Shown: positions 1 through 11,265 of the stretch, in pieces
Position numbering within the stretch: position 1 is the stretch's first letter
Layout: each line of letters begins with the position of its first letter
From: Trypanosoma brucei
Taxonomy: Eukaryota
Assembly (NCBI GenBank): GCA_000002445.1
Contig: CP000068.1
Coordinates: 384,001-448,000, forward strand
DNA: 64,000 nt
Direction: 5' to 3'
Notes under the pieces: model-generated
Database searches by the model: none
Seen by the model: the letters and a program-made list of their open reading frames with translations, nothing else
Told to the model about the DNA's origin: nothing
Position numbers and translations under genes: made by a program

Positions 1-245
1 GTGGCAGAGCCCGTCAGTCCCACATTTTTTCCCACTCGTTCTCTGCTTAATTGTTCACTGCTATGGCTCAATTGACTACTTCCCCCCTCTGTATTCTCAT
101 TCTGTTTCAACATATGTTTTGTCCACGCGTTGCCACGCCACTAAAAAGGGAGGAAGAAGGTAGAAGAGAAGGAGGAGAGCGGGCGCGAAGCAAGGTAAAA
201 AGGGAAATAATCGGAAAGGAGAAAAGGGCCAACTAAGTTAAAAAG

Positions 246-1184
246 ATGTGCGGAAAGGACAGCGGTGTCGAGGAGCGGAAGCTTCAGCATCCGCACCGTG
301 TACAGCAGTTCACCGCAGGGGTTGCGCTTTCTGATATTGCAACCGCAGGTGTAGTAGGTTTCACCGCCGCCATTCCCATTTCCATTGTGGACTACAGTAT
401 CATGGCTCGCGTTGCCGGCGTGACGAACAGCAGTGGACGTGTGTTATGGGAGGGCATGAGAACACTGTTCCTGCGTCCACACCGCTTTTTCATTCCGTGT
501 GCAGAGAACAAATGCGCTCCAGTGTTTGGTGCGTGTTTTACGGTATACAGCCTTACATTCTGCACTTCTAACCTTACGAAGAGCTATTGTGAAGCAAAAG
601 GTTACACACCTGAGCGGTCCAATTTAATCACGGGTTTAGCCGGCGGCGCCACCAACACACTCATGACCATGTGGAAAGATAGCCTTATCCTTCGCATCCT
701 GCCCCCAGTAGGGGGTGCATCTGCGGGTTCAGGGCGGCCTAAACCAGTGCCGTGGTTGACACGTGGCCTTTTTGTTGGCCGTGATGTCTTCACATGTTTA
801 GCCGCTTTCACCATCACACCCATGGTGGCAACGTGGTTGACAAATTACTTCTGGAATGCCAAAGAAAATGCCAAACTCACTCAGCCGCGGCCGCTGGAGG
901 GGAAGACGCATATTCCGCTTGCGACCGTCGACCTCGCGCAGCTCATAACGCCCACAGCACTGCAGACAGTTACAACATTTATGCACATTTTTGCCATTCG
1001 TTACCGCCAGACGTATCCCAACTTCACATTTGGTGATCTTTCAACGAGCTTGCGGGAAACGTACCTCTCTTCGTTGATTCTGCGCATTGTGCGTATTCTT
1101 CCGGCGTTTGGTGTTGGCGGCATTCTCAACCGCGAACTTCGTTCTGATCTTCAGGACCGTGTGGAAGGTCCGGCATACCACTAA
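246..1184 (+). CDS. Hypothetical multi-pass membrane protein, possibly a highly divergent mitochondrial-carrier-like protein
   Basis: ATG at 246 verified; 312 aa. Three roughly 100-aa segments with hydrophobic helices and G-rich helix motifs (GLAGGATNTL, FGVGGILNRELR). Weak resemblance to the mitochondrial carrier tripartite repeat, but the canonical PxD/ExxK/R signature is not intact. Confidence 0.3.
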   Translation: MCGKDSGVEERKLQHPHRVQQFTAGVALSDIATAGVVGFTAAIPISIVDYSIMARVAGVTNSSGRVLWEGMRTLFLRPHRFFIPCAENKCAPVFGACFTVYSLTFCTSNLTKSYCEAKGYTPERSNLITGLAGGATNTLMTMWKDSLILRILPPVGGASAGSGRPKPVPWLTRGLFVGRDVFTCLAAFTITPMVATWLTNYFWNAKENAKLTQPRPLEGKTHIPLATVDLAQLITPTALQTVTTFMHIFAIRYRQTYPNFTFGDLSTSLRETYLSSLILRIVRILPAFGVGGILNRELRSDLQDRVEGPAYH

Positions 1185-2729
1185 AGTTTCATCCCTGTTT
1201 CGTTTCTTTCTTGGTTGTCTTTTCTGGTATTTTACGTTGTTTCCGTTTTCCCACTTTGTGCTCTTTTTCTTCTTTTCCCCCTTTTTTGACTTTTTGTTTG
1301 TTTGTTTCCTCTCCTGTAGTCGGTCCTCCCTTTTCCCTTTACGTAGGTCTCAATTTGGCTACATTTACGCGGGACAACTTTTGGGTTAGTTGGTTAGTGC
1401 TACACGCATTTGGTCGGGAGCAATTTCTTTTCTCATCCCTCCCCTTTCTTCTCATCGCACATTCGAGATCTTCCCTTTTTTGTTTTCAATTATCGTTTCT
1501 CTCTCTTCTATTCTCTTTGTGTTTGCGTTTGTGCATGTGCTTGTATGTCTCCTCAAAAACACGTAAACAAATAAGTAAATATATATAAACGATATGTATG
1601 CAGCTTGGTATTTTTGTTTTATCGTACGTTATATGCTCCTCATTACATGTCAAACACAGAGGCCTTCATCCGTAGGAATACAAACCCCGCTTGCACGCGC
1701 TTTTTTTATTTATTCGTTTCTTCCCTTCTTTCATTTTTACCTCATTTTTGCTTCTTTTATTTTTAGTTTACATCTGCATGCCTGACTCAACTCAACTCGG
1801 CTCAGGCTCCTCTCAAATGTTACATTTTTTAATTACAATTTGTAGCCTTAAAAGTTGCGAATAACATGCGGGAGTCGTCTTTCCTTTTCTTCCTGCATCT
1901 GTATGGGGGAATGAATAACTAAGAGTTTTTTGTTTTTGAAAAGAGGTGAATAAAATAAATGGGTGAGTGAAGAGGACACGACAAGGAGAAATAAAAAGAG
2001 AAGGGGGAGGAACGAACGAATGAACGAAAAGGAGAGGAAAGGAGGGTGAGTGAGTTAACAATTGTGTGGGGAAACGCGAAAAATTTGCCACAGATTACTG
2101 TTATGACTGTATAATTATTCGTTTGGTGATGGATGATCTTGTGATTGTATAAATATACAATATATGTATATTTAAGTGGGTAAACAAATGAATAAATAAG
2201 TATGTATGTGTGTGTATGTGTGTGCCGCTTCTGACATAAGTGGTGGCTGTGGGAGTCACCATTAGAGAAATCGCATTCGATTTCAAAGGGGGCGGTATTT
2301 AAAAAAGAAAAGAAAAGGGGAAGAGGGTGGTAGAAGTATAGTGAAGTAAAAGAAAGAAACAAAAGCAACAGCATCGGGTAACAAATAAGAGCAGTAAGGA
2401 CAAAATGTCGCATTCGCGAGTAAACAAATAGGAATGATTGAGTAAGTGAATATGTTCTTGTTTTCCTGTTTTGCATGGATGAATGGTGGGTGGCAGGACG
2501 GGGGAGGGAAATTTTTTTGTTTTCGTTTCCCTTCTTTTCTCCATCACATTTCCCCCTACTCGAATTATTGTTATCATTATTATTGTTATTATGTTGTCAT
2601 TCATCACTTATTTTGTGGTGACGCATATGCGTGTGCGGCCATGTGGTGGTTGTTTTTTTTTTTTTACTGTTTTATGACAATCAGTTCTCTTTTTTCTATA
2701 TTTTGAAACTGTGACATTGAGACAACAAT

Positions 2730-2730
<1 letters not shown>

Positions 2731-2760
<30 letters not shown>

Positions 2761-2776
2761 TATATATATATATATA
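2731..2776. repeat. Microsatellite (CA)13 followed by (TA)8
   Basis: cacacaca...ca then tatatata read directly. Confidence 0.9.
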
Positions 2777-3963
2777 TGTACGTTCTTTTTCTCTCTCTCT
2801 CTTTTCGTCCTCCCGATATGTTTACGTTTTGTCTCTTTATGTTGTGTTTGCCGCACTTTCGCCGTTTCGTAAATCGTTGCAATATATTTGGGGTATTGTT
2901 ACTGTAGTTTTAATGTGATGTAATAAAATATGATATATTTGTATATGCATATATATGTATGTATATATGTGTGTGTGTCGATATTTTGATAATTGTTAGC
3001 TGGCAGCCGTCTAATCGTGGGAATGAGTGAATGAGTGTGTGATGCTATATTGGACATATCTTTGTAATAAAGATGATAATAGCAAAAAAGTACGAGGACG
3101 TTATTGGCGTGTGGTTATTAAAGCGTTTCAGGAACAAGGAGAGAGTACACGCACAAAAAAAAAAAAGACAATAATAATACTTAGTTAGGGCTTTTAACCG
3201 AGTGACGTTGAAGGGTGGAGGGGAATGAATGGGATGATGCGGAGCCGTCACATTTTATGCCGTAATTTGGTCTTGGCAACAACATTGCATCCCAACCTTT
3301 TCTTTTCTTTCCCCTTCATCTTATCTCATCTCATTTTATTTTATTTTGTTGTTTTCCAACCCCTCCCCTTTGGGATTTCATATGTATGAATAAAAATTTT
3401 TGTGCTTGTGTGCGTTTGCATGTGTTTTCGTTGAGGTATTGTATTGTGGTATGTCTTTCCTCGATTTTATGCGCATGAAATTTTTGTTGTTTTTCTTGAT
3501 GTTGATCAATAAATGGTGAGACACGGAGAGATGAAGTGCAGTCGCGAATGACTTCGGCATGTTACGTTCTAGGATTTACTTCTTTTTCTCACTTTCATTT
3601 CTTCACAGGTGACTGCTCTCGGGCATCGTTTTTGTTACTGCCGAACAGCGGAATTTTTTTTTTTCTGATTCGGGTGGTTTCGAGGGTAGGGAAGTGCGTT
3701 GTGCAGGTCGGCGACGGTGTGGCTGAGGCGCTCAAGACAAAACGGAAAGAAAAAATGATAATAAATGAGGCAAAAATACGAAGAAAAAAAAGTAAAACAA
3801 AAGGAAGAAAATATCGGCGGTGCGACACGTAAGTGATGCGTAAGTGAGTACGGTGTCATCTCCGCATCGAAACAACGAAGCGTTTCTTCGAGTCGAACAG
3901 ACAATATAACATTCCCCTTCTAACTAACCTACAACTAACAACTTGTTTATACATTTTTCTGTT

Positions 3964-4027
3964 TAATTTTTTTTATTTTTCGCCCACTTTCATCTCCATT
4001 TGTTTTTTTTTGTTTTTCAATTTCTTC
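3964..4027 (+). promoter_or_regulatory. Polypyrimidine tract plus downstream AG: predicted trans-splice acceptor region for the choline/ethanolamine kinase mRNA
   Basis: About 60 nt nearly pure pyrimidine (tttttatttttcgcccactttcatctccatttgtttttttttgtttttcaatttcttc) followed by AG dinucleotides before ATG 4120. Standard kinetoplastid SL-addition signal. Confidence 0.5.
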
Positions 4028-4119
4028 GGATGCACATTCGCACTACCACTCCAGTTCTCACTAGCTTAACGTCTTGTAACTTTGGAACTGCCTCTTTAGG
4101 GGATACATCGCCGTATTGC

Positions 4120-6006
4120 ATGGCATTACGACCGTTCCCGTTGGGGAACACACCGCTGCATGCCGTCATTCGGCGTTCTGCTCGTGAATTTGAATGTGTT
4201 GAGGCAGTTCCCGCCTCGAATGCTGTTCGCTCACCTTCAACTGCATCATGGGTTTCTGCAGAGTCCCTTGATAGTATCATTTCACTGGCTAACCGCACAT
4301 CTGAAGAAATGGAGGTGGATCAACTCATTTATCGCCTCTGCCGTTCCCTTTACCATGTGGCCAAGAAAAAATCTGCACAGATCCACTGCCACCCCAACCA
4401 CCAGGAGCGGCAACAACAACAGCAGCAAGCCAGCAGCAGCGGCTGGCGTTCCGTCGAATGTGAGGGTCACTTCTCCAACATGCGCGGCCGTGAGGACTGG
4501 TGCCCGTTGTTGCACCTCTTTGATCCAAGGAGTTATTATAAGGTGATGGGGCAACCGAGTCAACACGACGGGTGCAAACTTTGTGGTGATGTGGTGGGTA
4601 CAGAGAGCAGTCCTGAAGGTGTTTCGCAGTGGCTGATGAGCGAATTGAGCGTAACGCGACTTACGGGTGGCAACAGCAACCACGTGTATCGGCTGGGCCA
4701 CGCTTCTTTTCCCAAGAAAGCTGTTCTTCTGCGCGTGTATGGTGATGGTGGTGGGGGTGACGTGATTGACCGGGCCCGGGATATTAAAGTGATGCGACTT
4801 ATGAGCAAGTCAGAGATGGGTCCAGGCTTATTGCATACTTTCCACTGGGGCCGCGTTGAGGAATTTATGGATGGTGTGTTGACGTGCACGACGGAGAAGC
4901 TCCTTACTTCTCCATCCCTACTTGCTGATGTGTATGGAGGTTTAAGTAAGATGCATCAGTTGGATTACACGCCGCTTCTGCCAGAAAACATGAGGACAAA
5001 GGGGATGTCTAACGGGCATAATTCATCTCAGAGTGTGAGCGACACGGTTTCTAAATCAGGTGGTGGACAGGAGGGACCTGACGGCACAGTGGGGGGCGTG
5101 AATGAGCTGGAAAGCACTTGTCATACCTCTTTCGAGCGTGTATGTCTCCGGTTGCTTAGGTTAGTGTCCTTGAATGTGGTGGAGGAACACCGTCACTCGC
5201 TTGAGAGCTGGTTAGCTGGTGAGGTCATGTTCGTGCGAAGGGAACTGCAATATCGTGGGATACCGGTGGTGTTGTCACACAACGATCTAAACCCTGGAAA
5301 CATTCTTCTTTCCGATGGAGCAGGAGAGGCCAGCGGTACCGTCTTCAGTGACGAGGAGCTGAGAGTGGAGAACACACCGTTGTCAAAGCGTTATGTGACC
5401 CGAAAAGGCAAAAACATGAACCTTGTGGAGCGCCGTGGTTTCCTTTTTATTGATTTTGAGTACGCGGATGCCAACTACCGCTGCTTCGACCTTGGGAACA
5501 CGCTTTGCGAGCTGGACTACGACTATACCCGTGGAACAGAAGCGGGAGGCCGGGGATTCATCAAATATCTTTTTGTATTTCCCCCGCCCGCAATGGAGGA
5601 GGCATGGCGTGGGCTCGGGGAGGAGTACCCCCGCATGCCGGAGCTCATTTATGATGCCTGGCGTCGTGGCGTGTGTGATGGATCGTCGGATATCGGCTCT
5701 GTGGCTTTGCTCGCCGTGAGACGTTACTTCGCAGAGCGGGACAATGTGCCACTTGAGACTGTGGAACTCAGTGAAGCTCAGGTTGGGGAGGTGCTGCTTG
5801 GTATGCTCGCCTCGCATCTCTATTGGACAATCTGGTCGATGACAATGGGATCTGCACCGGATAATTGCGTTGAATGCGAGGACTGCGATGATCAGATGTT
5901 TGCTGTAGGCGGAAGTGGGCTTGATTACATGCGATATGGTGAATGTCGTCTGCGGGAGTACATTGCTCTGCGTGGTTGGCTCGCAGAGAAGGGGCTTCTT
6001 TCCTGA
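4120..6006 (+). CDS. Choline/ethanolamine kinase
   Basis: Brenner motif HNDLNPGNILL and choline-kinase motif IDFEYADANYRCFDLGN. Track ORF 4000..6006 starts at TTG. The first ATG (4030) lies inside the polypyrimidine tract; ATG 4120 (MALRPF...) follows the first downstream AGs and is the likelier start. Confidence 0.8.
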   Translation: MALRPFPLGNTPLHAVIRRSAREFECVEAVPASNAVRSPSTASWVSAESLDSIISLANRTSEEMEVDQLIYRLCRSLYHVAKKKSAQIHCHPNHQERQQQQQQASSSGWRSVECEGHFSNMRGREDWCPLLHLFDPRSYYKVMGQPSQHDGCKLCGDVVGTESSPEGVSQWLMSELSVTRLTGGNSNHVYRLGHASFPKKAVLLRVYGDGGGGDVIDRARDIKVMRLMSKSEMGPGLLHTFHWGRVEEFMDGVLTCTTEKLLTSPSLLADVYGGLSKMHQLDYTPLLPENMRTKGMSNGHNSSQSVSDTVSKSGGGQEGPDGTVGGVNELESTCHTSFERVCLRLLRLVSLNVVEEHRHSLESWLAGEVMFVRRELQYRGIPVVLSHNDLNPGNILLSDGAGEASGTVFSDEELRVENTPLSKRYVTRKGKNMNLVERRGFLFIDFEYADANYRCFDLGNTLCELDYDYTRGTEAGGRGFIKYLFVFPPPAMEEAWRGLGEEYPRMPELIYDAWRRGVCDGSSDIGSVALLAVRRYFAERDNVPLETVELSEAQVGEVLLGMLASHLYWTIWSMTMGSAPDNCVECEDCDDQMFAVGGSGLDYMRYGECRLREYIALRGWLAEKGLLS

Positions 6007-6558
6007 GTTTTTTCCCTTTCCCTTTCAAAGAGGAAAAAAAAAGACATAAGGAAAGAAAGCAAAAGGAATAAAAACGAGAACGAGTGAATAAGTATGTGGG
6101 TGCCTAGGGTGAAGTGACACGGTTGCTCCCTTTTTTCCTCATCTTTACCAGTGCTGTTGCCAATAGTGTTCCAGTTTCAATGGTAATTTACGGTGATAGT
6201 TATCATTATTATTTTTACCACTATTGCTGTTATCATTATCGTCGTCAACATAATTATCGTTACTGTTGTGATGTGGTTTGTTAGGGTGGGGGGCGAGGGG
6301 GGTTAAGTCAGCCTCGGCCGTTTTCCTCCTTCCAACGCAAACCGCGACCCAATCGCGTTAAAAACGGCGATGGTTTGCTTTGCTTTGTTCGTAGTTTTCC
6401 ATTGTTCTTGTTTTCCATTACATTCTTTTTTTCCATCTTTTGCCCTCTATCGTATCACTTTAGCTTTTCCTATAGTTTGAACTACTCATGAGTGGGTGCT
6501 CACCGTCTTCCATTAACTCTTATTACCGTGTGCCGCCATTTATTTTGCAGCATCTGGG

Positions 6559-6589
6559 GTTGTTGTTGTTGTTGTTGTTGTTGTTGTTG
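6559..6589. repeat. Microsatellite (GTT)10
   Basis: gttgttgtt... read directly. Confidence 0.9.
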
Positions 6590-7382
6590 CTATTTGGCGC
6601 GCATGTGTGCCCGTGAGAGAAGTGACTTGAAGTAGAATGGAAAGAACCGGAGATAACAAGTGCATACGAGTCTATGAATATGAATATTGGTTAAGTGCCG
6701 TATGTCTGCTTATGCATATATACATTGTTTTTTTGTTTTTTTTTTAGACACTGGCACTTACGGCGGCTCCGTGTGTGTTTGTATGCCACAATTATCTCTG
6801 CTTCATTCCACATCGCAACACACTTCATAAAATTTCTCACCTCTCGGGAATAAAAGGAATGCAAACAAAATCGTAATGAAACAAAACGATTAAAAAGAAG
6901 AAAAAAAGGAGATTGGAAGGCGGGAGGATGAGGGAAAGTTGTAAGGGGGAGGTAAGGAGCGGATGAAGAGTGAAAGGTGCTATTGGAAAGACGCGTTACT
7001 CCCTTTTTTGTGCTTTTGCATTTGTTTTAGCGTACATATATATATATATATATATGAATATACGTGTGTGCAGTGTGTGTATTGTGTGCATGGGAAAGTA
7101 CAAAAAAAGAAAGGAATTCACTGAAAATGAGGGGAAATAAGAGGGAACATGTGCGGGGGAATGATGTAGGAAGAAGTAAAGATAATAATAACAGTAATAA
7201 ACGTCAGTAAAGAATGAAAGGTAATACGAGAAAATAAAAGGAATAGAGAGTCTGGAAGGAGGGGGAGGGGGCGGGAGCCGCTCGTGGGTGGCTTCGGCAG
7301 ATTCACACGAACCAGAGGAGAAGAAACGAGCGAGGATGCGAGGATGCGAGGAATTGACGGATTTCTCTTTCTTTCTTTCTCG

Positions 7383-7465
7383 ACATCTCATCATCATCAT
7401 TATTCCTATTATTCCTATTATTCCTATCGTTACCATTATTATTACTATTATTATTATTGCCACGG
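7383..7465. repeat. Imperfect (ATT/ATC)n trinucleotide-rich low-complexity tract
   Basis: catcatcatcattattcctattattcctattattcc...attattattactattattattattg. Confidence 0.7.
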
Positions 7466-8067
7466 TTACTCTACCCCCTCTTTTATTTGAACACCACAAG
7501 CGAATTATAGATTTATGTTTCTTTCTCCTCCTTCTTTCCTTTGGTTTGGACGCGGCTCACGTGCCTTTTCTGTGCTTTGTCTAAGCTCCGCCTCCTTCCT
7601 TCTCCTACTGCATGCCTCTGCCAGTGGAAGACACGTGCTTCTAATTTTATTATTATTATCATCACATTGCTGTGATTATTATTATCATTATTTCTCCCGT
7701 ACCTTTTCCGTTTTCGTGTTTTACTTCCAAGCATTCGCATTTTTCAATCTCTCTCTATATATGTTGGAGAGGCCTGACCTTCTTTTAAAAGTCCGATTTT
7801 CATATCCCTTTCTTCCTCTTTGCGATAGTTTCACAAACACCTGCTGCTTTTTCCTTTTTTTTCCTTCATTTTCATGTCTCATTCATTTCCTTCCTTTTCT
7901 GCTCTTAGTTGTCGCCTCCTTTTTTAGTACCACTTGCACATTACAGGCATATACATAATTGTATACGGTCACTTATAGTGATGGGAGAAAAGGATTCTGT
8001 GGCGTATGAGCTGCTGCTGAAGGAGTATTGGACCCGCCGTGAGCTCATTCGGCGAGAGGAGGGCCGT

Positions 8068-8497
8068 TTGCATCAACTGCAACGTATTATTCTTCAAGTG
8101 CATAACTTACTGTGGATGTGAGAGCACTGGCGATGCTGTAGTCATGTTCAGAATCTTTTTCCTCCTCTTCCTCACTCTCTTTCAGTACACTGCAGCCATA
8201 CAGCCCGAAAGACTTGCAGAGAGCATCAGTAAATAATATATGTAATATGTTTAATGTTTGTATGTGTGTATGCTTGTGAAGGGAGATGTGATATGATCGA
8301 TGGGAATGTTTGGTTTACATAACAGCAGTCGTTGAACAGAGTTGTGTACGGAATTATTGAAAGGAAAGTAAGAAGAAACAATAGTGAGTGTCATCACCAC
8401 CGCAAAGGTGCCAATTGTTTCCTCCTCCCTTTCAGTACCTTTTTGTATTTTATAACTTGGGGTGGTGTATTACTCACCATTGGAGCAGTTACGTTTA
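8068..8497 (+). repeat. Copy 1 of a 430-bp dispersed direct repeat (non-coding, contains two polyY-AG splice-acceptor-like signals)
   Basis: Compared by eye base by base with 13744-14173: constant offset 5676 bp, one mismatch noted (c at about 8201 versus t at about 13877). Flanks on both sides are unrelated. Confidence 0.9.
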
Positions 8498-8732
8498 TAA
8501 CAGTGCGGGGTTTCACCAGCATTCCCTGTTGAGTACGACGTCACCAGAAGGGATTGCTATCTGATGTTGACGTCACAGCAACTGGGAACTCTTCGCACCT
8601 ACTTGCGACACCGTTATTTTCGATGTGGTAATTTTTTGTTATTACTATCTTACCCTGTTGTTGTCACCCCGTTTCCGTTCTCTATAGTATCAGAGTATAT
8701 TATTCTTCTTTACTTAACGTTCGAGTTTCTGT

Positions 8733-8758
8733 TTGTTTGTTTGTTTGTTTGTTTGTTT
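8733..8758. repeat. Microsatellite (GTTT)6
   Basis: gtttgtttgtttgtttgtttgttt read directly. Confidence 0.9.
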
Positions 8759-8957
8759 TTTGCTTAAAGGAAGCAACAGTGCTGCAACAGGGGCGTGTTT
8801 TACTATTGTTTACGCCCATTTTATGACAGACTTTTGGTTTTTTTTTTCTATACTCTGTGCGTTCGCTGACCATGGGAAATATATTTCTCCTGCAAGCTGG
8901 CACTTTTGTTGGTGCTTAATCCACTTGACTGATTGCAACAAAACTGGTCCAAATACT

Positions 8958-9056
8958 GTTGTTTTCTCTCAGTTTTCGTTGCTTTGCTGCCTTTTTTTCC
9001 CCCTTTACGGCCTGCTTTTATTTTTATTTTTATTTTTTTGACTTCCATTGCTTTTG
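8958..9056 (+). promoter_or_regulatory. Polypyrimidine tract: predicted trans-splice acceptor region for the DEAH helicase mRNA
   Basis: About 100 nt strongly pyrimidine-rich run ending immediately before ATG 9058. Very short 5'UTR implied; the AG used is uncertain. Confidence 0.45.
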
Positions 9057-9057
9057 C

Positions 9058-11265
9058 ATGCTGAGTAAAAGGAACAGGGAGGGGTCGCGAGGAGCGATGG
9101 GGTGCGGAGAGAAAAATCCGTACACAGGCCGAGTGCTGAGTTCCCGTTATCATGCGCTTCGCGGCGTCCGTGAGAAGCTCCCAATTTTTGCCGCAAAACA
9201 AAAGATTCAACGCCTCATCAGTCGATATCAGACGCTGCTGCTGGTGGGTGAGACGGGGAGCGGGAAAACAACACAAGTACCGCAATTTGTGCTGGAGATG
9301 AACCCGGAGCATGCCATAGCGTGTACACAACCCCGGCGAGTTGCGGCAATCAGTGTGAGTGAACGTGTTGCAGAGGAGTTGGACGTAACACTTGGTGAAG
9401 AAGTTGGTTATTGCATTCGTTTTGATGACACGAGCAGTGACCGCACTCGTCTCAAGTATCTCACGGATGGTATGCTCCTTCGCGAGGCCATGGGTGATCC
9501 CATGTTACAGCGCTACAGCGTGATCATCCTTGACGAGGCTCACGAGCGGACGGTGCACACTGACATACTTATCGGAGCGGTAAAAGATCTCCTGCACCGG
9601 CGTCCGGATTTGCGCGTTGTGGTGATGTCTGCCACGCTTGAGGAACGCCGCTTTCAGTCATATTTTCCAGAGGCCCCTCTGGTCCACGTTTCCGGTCGAA
9701 TGTATGATGTTGAGGTGTACAACTCACGGCTGCCGGAAGCAAACTACCTGGAGGCTTCCATACGAACCGCTATGCAGATTCATCTCTATGAAGGGCCGGG
9801 CGACATTCTTATATTTTTAACTGGTGAAGATGAGATTGAACAGGCTGTGGAGCGGTTGCGGTTGGGAATACCCATGGCGGAACACACTAACGCAGACTGT
9901 CATAAGGGGCCTGTAGCGGTACTTCCACTGTATTCCGCGTTGCCACCAAAGGAACAACGTAAGGTGTTCCAAGCGGCGCCAGAGGGTACACGAAAGATAG
10001 TTGTCGCCACGAATGTTGCGGAAACATCGTTAACTATTGATGGTGTTGTATTTGTTATCGATAGCGGGTTCTCCAAACAGAAGGTGTACAACCCAAAGTT
10101 GCGTGTTGAGTCGTTGTTGGTGACACCTATCAGTCAGGCAAGTGCTCGACAGCGGTGTGGTCGTGCGGGGCGGACGCGCCCCGGGAAGTGTTTTCGACTT
10201 TACACCGCAAAGGCGTTTGATACGCTCCTTCAGCAGCAGACATACCCCGAAATATTACGCTGCAACTTAGGCTCAGTAATTCTTCACATGAAAATGATGG
10301 GAATTGAGGACTTGGTGAATTTCGACTTCGTGGAACCCCCAGCCCCGGAGACTCTCATGCGGGCACTGGAACTGCTGAATTATCTTGGTGCCATTAACGA
10401 CGACGGCGACATGACAAAATTCGGCCGGCGTGTTGCGGATTTCCCGCTAGAACCTGAAATGGCCGCGATGCTTTTGCACAGCCCCGAGTATGGCTGCTCA
10501 GACGATATTGCACGCATTTGCGCTATGATGTCTGTTCAAAGTCCATTCGTTACACCGCGGAATGATCAGCGCGGATGCGCCATGCGTTGCAGAGATCAGT
10601 TCTACCACCCAACTGGTGACCACCTGGCGCTGTTGAACGTCTTCAACGCCTTCTACGAGGGAAGTAATCAAAGTGGGTCGTGGGCTTCTGAGAATTATCT
10701 AAATCCGCGTGTCATGAAGCAGTCGGTGAGCATTTACCGCCAGCTAATTGGTATAATGCGCAGGTTGAATTTGAGCATTTGCAGTACATACTCTGCAGCA
10801 CAGTGGGGAGGCGCTGGGGATGGAGAATCGGACGAATACGCAAACGAGGTACGTCGAGCCGTGCTTCGTGGTTACTTCACGAAGGTGGCACTCTCACTTC
10901 CCACAAAGAACCAATTTCTCACGCTAAAGGATAACGTGAAGTGTCTCTTGTTCCCCTCTACCTTCCTTAACCGCCGCCCAAAGTTTGTTGTCTTCAACGA
11001 GCTTGTGCTTACAACAAACACATACATCCGGACTGTAACGTCGGTGTCAGATGAATGGCTACTGGAGGTGAATCCATTATATTTTGACCCAAGTGAATTT
11101 GAAGGTGTGAGCAGACAAGTGTTTGAGGAGTTGCACCGCCGGAATAACCGCAATAACGCGGCCGAGAGGGACCAAAATAAAGACTGCCTTACCGGGCACA
11201 AGCGACGACGTGGAGGAGACGCCCCAGACAACGGTGATGATGATGATGATGATGATTCGTCTTAG
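9058..11265 (+). CDS. DEAH-box ATP-dependent RNA helicase, PRP43/DHX15-like
   Basis: Motifs GETGSGKTTQ (Walker A), DEAHER, SAT, TNVAETSLTIDGV, QRCGRAGRTRPGKCFRLY, followed by helicase-associated and OB-fold regions. N-terminus NPYTGR... resembles DHX15. The track start 8959 is TTG inside the polypyrimidine tract; ATG 9058 verified. Poly-Asp C-terminal tail. Confidence 0.9.
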   Translation: MLSKRNREGSRGAMGCGEKNPYTGRVLSSRYHALRGVREKLPIFAAKQKIQRLISRYQTLLLVGETGSGKTTQVPQFVLEMNPEHAIACTQPRRVAAISVSERVAEELDVTLGEEVGYCIRFDDTSSDRTRLKYLTDGMLLREAMGDPMLQRYSVIILDEAHERTVHTDILIGAVKDLLHRRPDLRVVVMSATLEERRFQSYFPEAPLVHVSGRMYDVEVYNSRLPEANYLEASIRTAMQIHLYEGPGDILIFLTGEDEIEQAVERLRLGIPMAEHTNADCHKGPVAVLPLYSALPPKEQRKVFQAAPEGTRKIVVATNVAETSLTIDGVVFVIDSGFSKQKVYNPKLRVESLLVTPISQASARQRCGRAGRTRPGKCFRLYTAKAFDTLLQQQTYPEILRCNLGSVILHMKMMGIEDLVNFDFVEPPAPETLMRALELLNYLGAINDDGDMTKFGRRVADFPLEPEMAAMLLHSPEYGCSDDIARICAMMSVQSPFVTPRNDQRGCAMRCRDQFYHPTGDHLALLNVFNAFYEGSNQSGSWASENYLNPRVMKQSVSIYRQLIGIMRRLNLSICSTYSAAQWGGAGDGESDEYANEVRRAVLRGYFTKVALSLPTKNQFLTLKDNVKCLLFPSTFLNRRPKFVVFNELVLTTNTYIRTVTSVSDEWLLEVNPLYFDPSEFEGVSRQVFEELHRRNNRNNAAERDQNKDCLTGHKRRRGGDAPDNGDDDDDDDSS

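Noticed and set aside
1087-3904. ORFs in the long spacers (e.g. 1211..1588, 1919..2476, 2299..2607, 7515..7958, 33212..33551, 34063..34527)
   Set aside because: Translations are pure low-complexity (poly-F/L/S, HTHTHT from CA and TG repeats). They arise from polypyrimidine tracts and microsatellites, not coding sequence.
8068-8497. Repeat element as ingi/RIME/SIDER retroposon
   Set aside because: No poly(A) or A-rich 3' end, no target-site duplication, no resemblance to the conserved ingi/RIME 5' signature as far as I can recall it. Internal structure looks like ordinary UTR/intergenic sequence with splice-acceptor signals.
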